IMG/VR virus record: IMGVR_UViG_3300033067_000589
Location: 22,058-86,057 of that record
Origin: a virus
Lineage: Duplodnaviria; Caudoviricetes
Length of the DNA stretch: 64,000 nucleotides
Strand: one strand, 5' to 3'
Of the stretch, positions 57,164-64,000 are shown piece after piece. Both the position numbers and the translations under genes were made by a program. How positions within the stretch are numbered: position 1 is the stretch's first letter; each line of letters starts with the position of its first letter. The notes below the pieces were generated by a model. It made no database searches and was not told the origin of the DNA. It saw only the letters and a program-made list of their open reading frames with translations.

Positions 57164-58054
57164 CTATTTAATAGCCTTCATAAATTCATCCACATTTCGC
57201 TTTGGTACATACATACCAGCCTTAATATGCACGACCTTTTCGCCATCTTCTAAAAATCCCCTTTCTACGAGATTCTTATATCCTTCTCTAAATTGTTCAT
57301 TGGAGAAAGCAAAAAACGCACCGTATTTCTCTATGGCGTTTCTTACTTTTTTTGATGCCTTATCTTGTGCATCTTTTATTCTTTCTTGATTCAATAGCTC
57401 AATCTCTTCTTCTTCACCCCAGAGGCGAATAGCTAGAGATACTTTTTCTTGCAATTCCTTTACAGCTTTGTTAGAATACTGCAAGCTCATGCTGTGTGGG
57501 CGTTTGTCTGGGTTGTCAAGTAGAAACTGATGGCGCTTTTTAGCCTTCTCAAGCTCAAACTCAAAATATTCTAAACAGTCAGGCATTGACAAATCTATCT
57601 TATTAGCCCTTTCTGCCCAGTATTCGGCACGGCGTTCATATTCTTTTGCCTTTTCGCTTTCTGCTACACTTTTACCCATGCGCTCCCAGTTGCGCTCAAT
57701 GAGCTTCCTATGCCTCCGTTCGGAGTGATGCCCTATCTTAATTGGTTCACCTAGTGCAAGGAACTCTCGCCCCTCTTGGCTTGCCTCATAGTATTTTTCA
57801 CTCCTCTTTTCAGCATTGGCAGCATAGCCTTCTAGCTTGCTTGCCTTGTTCTTTGCTCTCTCTTGGGAATTAAACCCATCTGTACGGGTAACGGAATATA
57901 AGAAACATCCGTCCTTTGTTCCCATGAAGTTGTGGACTTCATTTTCGATTTCTTTTCCGTGTTTTGTTTCGATGATAATAATATCACCTTTTTTGTATTG
58001 TTGCTCACACTTAGCAACAAACACGTTTGGACAATACTTTAAGTACGTGTTCAT
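57164..58054 (-). CDS. DUF3560-domain protein
   Basis: LGEPIKIGHHSERRHRKLIER...AKEYERRA. Confidence 0.8.
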   Translation of the reverse strand: MNTYLKYCPNVFVAKCEQQYKKGDIIIIETKHGKEIENEVHNFMGTKDGCFLYSVTRTDGFNSQERAKNKASKLEGYAANAEKRSEKYYEASQEGREFLALGEPIKIGHHSERRHRKLIERNWERMGKSVAESEKAKEYERRAEYWAERANKIDLSMPDCLEYFEFELEKAKKRHQFLLDNPDKRPHSMSLQYSNKAVKELQEKVSLAIRLWGEEEEIELLNQERIKDAQDKASKKVRNAIEKYGAFFAFSNEQFREGYKNLVERGFLEDGEKVVHIKAGMYVPKRNVDEFMKAIK

Positions 58055-58067
58055 AAAAACTTTTTAA

Positions 58068-58529
58068 TTAATGATTTAATAACTGATTGATTTCTTGCAT
58101 GAGTTCTTCATGCTTTTTGTACTTACTCCTTAATCCATAGTAATACTTGTCGTCTAACCTTGCATAAAAGGCATACAAGTCAGCCGTATAGCATTCGCTG
58201 ATAAAGAAATAAGACCCATTATCAAACTTGGTGTACCTCATCGGAGGTAAACACTCAAATGCCTCCCACCAGCGTTCTTCTGTGATCTCTTTTAGTGGTT
58301 TACATAAGCCATCTAAGTATGGTTGATAATACTTAGAATCAAATTCCTCCCAAGTAAGGGCCACCAAGTTTGGTAGCCCCTTTTCTTTCTTGTATTCGTC
58401 GAAAGTATAATCGGAATACTCCATTCGTATAGTGCCGTCACTTTCTTTTCTAGCTGATGTTATTATTCGACCACAAAAAATGTCAGGGTCGATTACATAT
58501 AATCTGTTCATAACTTTAATCACACCCAT
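58068..58529 (-). CDS. DUF1419-like protein
   Basis: EITEERWWEAFECLPPMR...FFISECYT. Confidence 0.65.
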   Translation of the reverse strand: MGVIKVMNRLYVIDPDIFCGRIITSARKESDGTIRMEYSDYTFDEYKKEKGLPNLVALTWEEFDSKYYQPYLDGLCKPLKEITEERWWEAFECLPPMRYTKFDNGSYFFISECYTADLYAFYARLDDKYYYGLRSKYKKHEELMQEINQLLNH

Positions 58530-58538
58530 TGGTTAATA

Positions 58539-58577
58539 AACTCCAATAGTAGTGGGTGCTTTCCTACCACTGGAGTT
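58539..58577. repeat. Intergenic hairpin, type B
   Basis: AACTCCA/TGGAGTT outer stem; contains AATAGTAGTGGG. Confidence 0.7.
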
Positions 58578-58582
58578 ATTAC

Positions 58583-58735
58583 TTAAATTGCGAATCCGTA
58601 CTCCGCCAAAGACTTGCCGGACTTGGTGGTAAATCTACCTTTTACCCTGCGGAATGTATCCACTGGGTAGTTTTCTTCGTTGAATACTACCATATAGGAT
58701 AGCCTATTCAACTTTTCAATTCTGAATGTTGCCAT
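58583..58735 (-). CDS. Microprotein (50 aa; not in the track)
   Basis: Hand translation MATFRIEKLNRLSYMVVFNEENYPVDTFRRVKGRFTTKSGKSLAEYGFAI; AAAGT-ATG context. Confidence 0.55.
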   Translation of the reverse strand: MATFRIEKLNRLSYMVVFNEENYPVDTFRRVKGRFTTKSGKSLAEYGFAI

Positions 58736-58800
58736 ACTTTTTTAAATAATTAAATTGATTAAACGCCTACTCTATTAATGGATTTTCAGCAAACCTCCAA

Positions 58801-58968
58801 TTACAGCTTAAAAAGTTTTAGTAACAAAATTGACACAAACGTAACTCCCATACCTTCCAGTACAAGGGTTACATCTTTAAGCCCATAGCCACGAACCATG
58901 AGCCCACCTGCTACACCTAGGCACAAAAGCACCAAGATGTAGCATAAAATCAAACGCACCACTCTCAT
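58801..58968 (-). CDS. Two-TM membrane microprotein (55 aa)
   Basis: ATG at 58968 overlaps the upstream stop (ATGA); MRVVRLILCYILVLLCLGVAGG... Confidence 0.6.
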   Translation of the reverse strand: MRVVRLILCYILVLLCLGVAGGLMVRGYGLKDVTLVLEGMGVTFVSILLLKLFKL

Positions 58969-59129
58969 CGCTTCGAGAATTTGTTGCGAATTAACATCGC
59001 TCCCATAAAAGAGAACGATGTTAATTCGCCAATAGCCAATAACGTGATATGTTTCAGCGCAATACCACAAAGCGCAACTCCCACTGATAAGCACAAGCCC
59101 ACCAATAGGACAATTTCCTTTTTGTCCAT
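58965..59129 (-). CDS. Two-TM membrane microprotein (54 aa; not in the track)
   Basis: Hand translation MDKKEIVLLVGLCLSVGVALCGIALKHITLLAIGELTSFSFMGAMLIRNKFSKR. Confidence 0.6.
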   Translation of the reverse strand: MDKKEIVLLVGLCLSVGVALCGIALKHITLLAIGELTSFSFMGAMLIRNKFSKR

Positions 59130-59167
59130 GATTTAATTGATTAATAATTGTCCACCCATTATAATTA

Positions 59168-59206
59168 ACCCCAATAGTGGTGGGTGGTATTGCCTACTAT
59201 TGGGGT
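59168..59206. repeat. Intergenic hairpin, type B
   Basis: ACCCCAATAGT/ACTATTGGGGT 11-bp stem; contains AATAGTGGTGGG. Confidence 0.8.
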
Positions 59207-59219
59207 GTTGATGGTGTTT

Positions 59220-59456
59220 TTATTCAATCGGAATAAGTAAATACCTTTGAGATTCTATAAAATCTCTTTCCTCATTAGACAAGATGACTTGCGCCTCTGA
59301 GCCTGTTGCATGGATAGAGCCAGAGTCATTGACTCCAACTATTTCTACTTTTCCAGATGTACGAACTAGAAAGTCCGTCTCTGAGACATTCTCAGTTGCA
59401 TCTGAGAAGTGCGCATTCTTGATTTTAGTCCAGATTAAATCTATGATTGTAGCCAT
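59220..59456 (-). CDS. Hypothetical protein (78 aa)
   Basis: Clean small ORF. Confidence 0.55.
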   Translation of the reverse strand: MATIIDLIWTKIKNAHFSDATENVSETDFLVRTSGKVEIVGVNDSGSIHATGSEAQVILSNEERDFIESQRYLLIPIE

Positions 59457-59612
59457 AATAATAATACCTGATTCACCTACTCATCAGGAGGTTTTAATTT
59501 GTTTACGTCACACGACCGCTCTAAGCCTAAAAACCTGTTTATGCACGCTTAGACGTGTTTACAAATGCTGTGGCAATGAGCAACAAGCCCACCACCACAG
59601 CGTTTAGAAGAA

Positions 59613-59924
59613 TTACAGACACTCTACTGGGATTTTAGGTACTGCCACATATTCCCATAAGGGATTGGGGCAATATTCTTCTATTTGATTGGTGACATAG
59701 TCACCATTGCTAATGTGAAAGATAACACGTTTTTCTTCCATTGGGACTGGAAAGGTCTTCCTTACAAAGTCCTCCAATTCCTTAAAGCCGTATCCCATTT
59801 TAAGGAATACCTTTTCATTATTTGGCAAGTGTGCCACAGCACACACTACATATTTCTTGTGGCGAATCAGCCATCCCAACAACTCTGAATTGTTTTTTAA
59901 TCCGAATAATTCTACGAACTCCAT
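59613..59924 (-). CDS. Hypothetical protein (103 aa)
   Basis: A-rich leader; C-terminal WEYVAVPKIP. Confidence 0.6.
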   Translation of the reverse strand: MEFVELFGLKNNSELLGWLIRHKKYVVCAVAHLPNNEKVFLKMGYGFKELEDFVRKTFPVPMEEKRVIFHISNGDYVTNQIEEYCPNPLWEYVAVPKIPVECL

Positions 59925-60750
59925 AAGATTATTGATTTATATTTTAAAAATTTGAATAAACTCAGAACCATAGACTTAACCAATAGCCAAACCTAATATC
60001 TACCTAATCAAAAGTAAATAATAGATAAGACACAATAAGCCTAATAAATAATACATCCATAGCTATACTACATAACACTAGACATACATACATATTCACT
60101 ACTATCTATACATATAGTACCAAACATACATACATTACCCAGTGTTACTATACATATTAACCCACACTCACAAACCACACACTATATACTAATAGTGCTA
60201 TTTGTAGTCATGAATAACTATGTAGATACGTGCTTTGTGCTATGTACACAAGGTTTACACTGTACGCATTTGTAGCGTGGTTTACACTGAAACAAAGTGT
60301 TATGTATGTAAATATTACCCATGATATGCAAACTACATACATAATACATAGGTAATAAGTACTATACATGAGCCACGTACCTAATACATACGCTACAATT
60401 ACGATACATACGCTACAATTATAATACATGAGCCACACGGAGTGGGGGTAAACCCCAACCCACACACTCACAAATCGCACACAATAAACCACACAAATAT
60501 TGCACTATTCTAATATCATAGATACCAAAATAGCGTGTTTGTATCCTAAAACATAGGATAAAACTAAGTTTGTGTAGTTTTAGCTATAAACAAGGTGGCT
60601 TTGAGTACGTACTTTGAGCCACGTGGTACGAATTGTAAATACAAATCACTAGCCAAAAATTGACCAAAGATTTGTACAAACAAAAAACCACAAGCCACAA
60701 ACCACGAACTCAAAGCCACGAACCTTAGCAGAAAAGCAGAAAAAAAATTT
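59925..60750. repeat. Non-coding C/A-skewed region with degenerate direct repeats
   Basis: ATACATACGCTACAATTA x2 (60384, 60404), ATACATGAGCCAC x2 (60364, 60424), CCCACACTCACAAA x2. Confidence 0.7.
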
Positions 60751-60754
60751 GGGC

Positions 60755-60782
60755 AAAAAAAAAGCCCTGCTTTCGCAGGGCT
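60755..60782 (-). terminator. Intrinsic terminator
   Basis: Minus strand AGCCCTGC-GAAA-GCAGGGCT followed by T9. Confidence 0.9.
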
Positions 60783-60788
60783 CGTTTG

Positions 60789-61664
60789 TTAGGATTCTTT
60801 GAGCGTTTTCTTAATCTCATTTAGCACTCTAACTTTTGCAATTGTCTCAATTGCGTGCTTATTGTGTTTACCATCTTTGAGTAATTTTTCGGCTTTCTTT
60901 ATTGCCTTTTCCTTTTCATTTTTCATGTATTCATTTTCTGAGTATGGTAAAGAATAAGATGGTTTATATTCAAAACCTAAACTTTCCAAAAATAAACCTA
61001 CATTTCTTTTTTCCAATAACTTAGAAAAACCAAAAGAAAATCTCAATTCTCTTTTGTTACTATATACAACTAGAAATAAGCCATCTAGTTTAAAGTAGTT
61101 GTAGCCATAATCTTTGTGGTAACAAATACCTTTGTATGTAAACATAGATGGCTTAAAAGCATCTTTAAAATCTTTGATTTTAATAAAAGAGCCATCAAAG
61201 TACTTTTCTAAGATGGCTTGTTTGCCATCTAATATCATACTTTCTATATTTGTTTTTGAGATTACTTTACACCAATCAGTTGGAATATTAATTGAGATAC
61301 CATCTAACTTTGCTTTCCTTTCTTCTAAACTCTTTTTATTGCGTTTTTCTCTAATTGTTTTGTAAATAAGATGGATTTGCTCACTTGTTAAAATTGTACC
61401 AATTTCCAAATTTGGCACGCCATCTATTTGTGTTATTTCTAGTAAATCCATCTCACTTTTGAGACGGTTATTAATACTGATTTTTACATCTAGAGATGGC
61501 GTACTAACTTTACGTAATTTTGGCTCTTTAAATGCCTCTCTTTTGCTTTCTTTAAATTTGAAAATTTCGCTTGCGCTCATTTCGTCAAATGATGGCTGAT
61601 TTACCGATAATGCACCTTTTCCAATAAGGAAATCAAATTGAGAAATTTTGTTTTCTACTTGCAT
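60789..61664 (-). CDS. Isolated hypothetical protein (291 aa) carrying motif repeats in its DNA
   Basis: Monocistronic with its own terminator; K-rich; five CCATCTA/TAGATGG copies inside. Confidence 0.65.
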   Translation of the reverse strand: MQVENKISQFDFLIGKGALSVNQPSFDEMSASEIFKFKESKREAFKEPKLRKVSTPSLDVKISINNRLKSEMDLLEITQIDGVPNLEIGTILTSEQIHLIYKTIREKRNKKSLEERKAKLDGISINIPTDWCKVISKTNIESMILDGKQAILEKYFDGSFIKIKDFKDAFKPSMFTYKGICYHKDYGYNYFKLDGLFLVVYSNKRELRFSFGFSKLLEKRNVGLFLESLGFEYKPSYSLPYSENEYMKNEKEKAIKKAEKLLKDGKHNKHAIETIAKVRVLNEIKKTLKES

Positions 61665-61702
61665 GATTTTAAAAAATTAATTGATTAAAAATTGATTAAA
61701 AA

Positions 61703-61796
61703 TGTATCAAATTTGATACATAGCTAACTAATTAGGTTATAAGCCTAATTAGATGGCTAACTAAAAAAACGTCACAATTTTTTAGTTAGCCATCTA
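61703..61796. repeat. Three adjacent or overlapping inverted repeats
   Basis: TGTATCAAATTTGATACA perfect palindrome; CTAATTAGG/CCTAATTAG; 19-bp TAGATGGCTAACTAAAAAA stem. Confidence 0.9.
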
Positions 61797-62241
61797 GCAA
61801 TATTGCTAGTTAGTCTTATTCGCTACCTAAACTCACAACTATTAGGTTATGGCGTAATAAGAGTATATATATAAAGCCATCTAGCTTTATATTGTGCCAA
61901 TAAGTCAAAGATAAAATCTTTATTTCTATGGAATTGAATTTCGGAGTATTCCTATGTATTGGCTTTCTTTTTGCAAAAACTTGCATTTAGTCGCCATATT
62001 GCCATCATTTTAGAAAAAACAAATAATCCATCTAGTTAGATGGCTAAACGTCTAAAAATCTAGCAACCGATTACGATACATTTTACCATATACTACTAAA
62101 GAGCTATACAAGTCTATTATACTTGTATATGCGACTTGCATACATATACAAGAGTTTTCATGTTGTCTATTACGACACAACAAATATGGTATATGTATTT
62201 CGCAATTCCAAATGTAATTTCGATATTCTTTATTTTGTGCA

Positions 62242-62350
62242 ATAGATTATAGGAATAGTACAATGTTTCTATGAATATTAATATAGATTATAAGAATAGT
62301 ACAACTATTTTCATATTGGTTTTGTCCAATCCAAAATAAGAATAGTACAA
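62242..62350. repeat. Three iteron-like direct repeats
   Basis: ATAGATTATARGAATAGTACAA at 62242 and 62283; ATAAGAATAGTACAA at 62336. Confidence 0.8.
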
Positions 62351-62388
62351 TTTTAAATACTATTGTAGTAAACAATCCTTTTTGCCCT

Positions 62389-62508
62389 ATGGATCACGGC
62401 TCTGGGGGGGTGCAAAAAAAAATGGATCACCGGCCCACGCGCGTGGGGGTAACTCCTCAAACACTAATTTACAAATCAACCACCTTCCCCTCAAACACTA
62501 ATTTACAA
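62389..62508. other. GC-rich island with palindrome and direct repeats (candidate pac/cos or terminus)
   Basis: G7, A9, CCCACGCGCGTGGG palindrome, ATGGATCAC x2, CTCAAACACTAATTTACAA x2. Confidence 0.45.
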
Positions 62509-62590
62509 CTGAATCACTTTCCACAAAAAAAAGCCCCACTTGTATTTCTACAAATGAGGCACTGGTTAGGGGGGGTAAGAAAAAACTACT

Positions 62591-62764
62591 TCAAGGGCTT
62601 GCAACGTAACGATACAACGAAAGAATAAAACAGGTTGCAATAAATAACGACCTTTTATCTTCGCTCCATCTTGCTGGATTAAACTCTAGTGGTATAAATG
62701 AGAATACTAGGTATGATACTAGGACTATCAGCACATAGGGTAATAGTTTGTTTATCTGTTTCAT
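62591..62764 (-). CDS. Two-TM membrane microprotein (57 aa; not in the track)
   Basis: Hand translation MKQINKLLPYVLIVLVSYLVFSFIPLEFNPARWSEDKRSLFIATCFILSLYRYVASP; ATGA-coupled. Confidence 0.6.
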   Translation of the reverse strand: MKQINKLLPYVLIVLVSYLVFSFIPLEFNPARWSEDKRSLFIATCFILSLYRYVASP

Positions 62765-63204
62765 TGTTGCATTTGTTGTTTAATATGTTCTGGAATGTCG
62801 TGAGAGAAGCTCCTCCAGCACAATCCCGAACATGACACATAAGGGTGGGTTGCGTCTTTAATTTCAAGCAATTTTCCTAAGATAATATGTTGTGTAGAAC
62901 CTTCCTTTTCGAAGTCCCAAAAATATCCCCAATCGCCCACCTTGGGTTTATTCCAATAGTCCGAAATTGGTGTAAACCCACCGTTTTCAAGGGTGTATTC
63001 GGTGAGGGATAACATAGGTGTTATAGGTGTTAAGTTTTCTTTTAATACCTTCCCATCTAATGTATAAGATGTGCTAATTTCATAATCATAAAACCATGTT
63101 AAGAGCAAAAATGTGTCGCCTGTGTACACCATTTGAATTTCACCCCACCCATACCGAACATCAAAAACTCGAGTGCCTACTGGCAATAATTTCTCTTCTT
63201 TCAT
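62761..63204 (-). CDS. Hypothetical protein (about 147 aa)
   Basis: VGTRVFDVRYGWG and KPKVGDWGYFWD repeats; start may be 63231. Confidence 0.6.
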   Translation of the reverse strand: MKEEKLLPVGTRVFDVRYGWGEIQMVYTGDTFLLLTWFYDYEISTSYTLDGKVLKENLTPITPMLSLTEYTLENGGFTPISDYWNKPKVGDWGYFWDFEKEGSTQHIILGKLLEIKDATHPYVSCSGLCWRSFSHDIPEHIKQQMQQ

Positions 63205-63217
63205 AATCGTGTTGTTA

Positions 63218-63478
63218 TTAAATGATTCCATCTTCTTTTAGTCTTTGTTTTAACCCTAACATAATAGCCAGTGCTGACTCTGGTGTTAGCGCTATCGCGG
63301 TTGTAACCATCTTTCCTTTTGACACATCATGGTGAGCACGTGGTTCGTGGTCTTCTGATAATACTTTCATCTCAATAACATAGTCGCCATTCTTTCTGGT
63401 GACTACTGATATTCTTTTGTTCTTGAACTTAAAGACATCACTGTCAGTGTATCTTATGATTTTCTCTGGTTCTTTCAT
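63218..63478 (-). CDS. Hypothetical protein (86 aa)
   Basis: ATG at 63478 forms an ATGA overlap. Confidence 0.6.
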   Translation of the reverse strand: MKEPEKIIRYTDSDVFKFKNKRISVVTRKNGDYVIEMKVLSEDHEPRAHHDVSKGKMVTTAIALTPESALAIMLGLKQRLKEDGII

Positions 63479-63690
63479 ACTATGTTGATGATTTCTACCT
63501 TCTTTACCTTCTTTCCTATTTGTTTTTCGATAAACCATTTGTGTTCATCAATGTAGTCCAACGCTCTTAGTTCCGTAATGTCTCCTTCACTAAAGAGGTT
63601 TTCCCAGAACCAAAGCCTATATTTCTGCACCTGTGGTATGTACGTTTCAGTACCATTGTTTCTTATTATCTTCTTGATTCTATACTTCAT
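63475..63690 (-). CDS. Hypothetical protein (71 aa)
   Basis: MKYRI...YIPQV...WFW motif. Confidence 0.6.
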   Translation of the reverse strand: MKYRIKKIIRNNGTETYIPQVQKYRLWFWENLFSEGDITELRALDYIDEHKWFIEKQIGKKVKKVEIINIV

Positions 63691-63977
63691 AATTGTACGG
63701 TGTTTGAGACTTTTAAGATTAAATCCAAGTCGCCCTTGTTCGCCTCGTAAAAACTCTCTGCATCAGAACCACTCTTGAAAGGCACTCTGAGTAGTCCATA
63801 TTGCCTGTAAGTAGGTGCATCAAACTCCCCCACTAACTCCCGATACCTTTTGTACGTCTGCGAAACCCGCGCGGTGGCTAGGGCTGCTTTGGCAAGGTGT
63901 TCGGTGGTGAAGATGTTGAAGTTGTTTGAACTTGCAGTATAGTCCATTTCGTAGATGATTTCACTATCGCTTTTCAC
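63687..63977 (-). CDS. Hypothetical protein (96 aa)
   Basis: ATGA-coupled. Confidence 0.55.
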   Translation of the reverse strand: MKSDSEIIYEMDYTASSNNFNIFTTEHLAKAALATARVSQTYKRYRELVGEFDAPTYRQYGLLRVPFKSGSDAESFYEANKGDLDLILKVSNTVQL

Positions 63978-64000
63978 ATAATACCCTTTAATCCCCTCCA

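Noticed and set aside
57086-57166. Pseudoknot-stimulated readthrough of the DUF3560 TAG stop into the lysozyme
   Set aside because: The spacing (7 nt) is suggestive, but the frame hits TAA after seven codons, so no fusion is possible.
58801-59094. 97-aa ORF as called by the track
   Set aside because: Better explained by two ATGA-coupled genes (58965-59129 and 58801-58968) with proper ATG starts.
59466-59490. Hammerhead ribozyme suggested by CTGATGA on the minus strand
   Set aside because: No stem II followed by GAAA; the segment folds as a simple CCTGA/TCAGG hairpin.
60208-60492. 94-aa ORF in the repeat tract
   Set aside because: The Y/V/C/I-rich composition follows from the T/G skew; GTG start without a leader.
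1-64000. Alternative genetic code (TAG or TGA recoding), as in some crAss-like phages
   Set aside because: Long genes are intact in the standard code, and TAA, TAG and TGA all terminate well-supported genes.
1-64000. CRISPR array, tRNA or rRNA genes, integrase, transposase, introns or inteins
   Set aside because: No regularly spaced repeat-spacer units, T-loop/cloverleaf signatures or relevant motifs seen by eye; a tRNAscan/Infernal run would be needed to exclude them fully.

Overview
This window is about 64 kb of an AT-rich tailed dsDNA phage genome, most likely infecting Bacteroidota. The host call rests on A-rich starts without Shine-Dalgarno sequences, TAnnTTTG promoter boxes and DUF5977-type domains. 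The terminase, portal, major capsid and neighbouring genes resemble crAss-like/Flavobacteriia podoviruses, but no virion RNA polymerase or DNA polymerase is visible in the window, and the genetic code appears standard. Layout: (1) 1-10.6 kb (+), three putative internal virion proteins, including a 2646-aa protein with an HExxH zincin motif. (2) 10.6-15.5 kb, a mixed-strand block with a RusA-like gene, a Rha/antirepressor gene with a structured leader, and TerL on the minus strand. (3) 15.6-39.5 kb (+), tail and fibre genes, four very basic microproteins, a mucin-like protein coupled to a GT95/GT96-like glycosyltransferase, then portal, scaffold-like protein, MCP and head-tail genes. (4) 39.5-64 kb (-), replication, recombination and early genes (PD-(D/E)XK nuclease, KH protein, primase-helicase fusion, NinB-like, SSB-like, beta-clamp, signal-anchored lysozyme, DUF3560, DUF1419), many microproteins, a family of intergenic hairpins, and a repeat-rich region at 59.9-62.6 kb that may hold the origin and/or genome end. 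Best leads: a candidate phage protein O-glycosylation cassette, a pseudoknot switch before the lysozyme, the early-region hairpin family and a 10-copy CCATCTA motif cluster. All family assignments come from motif recognition by eye; no database search was run.
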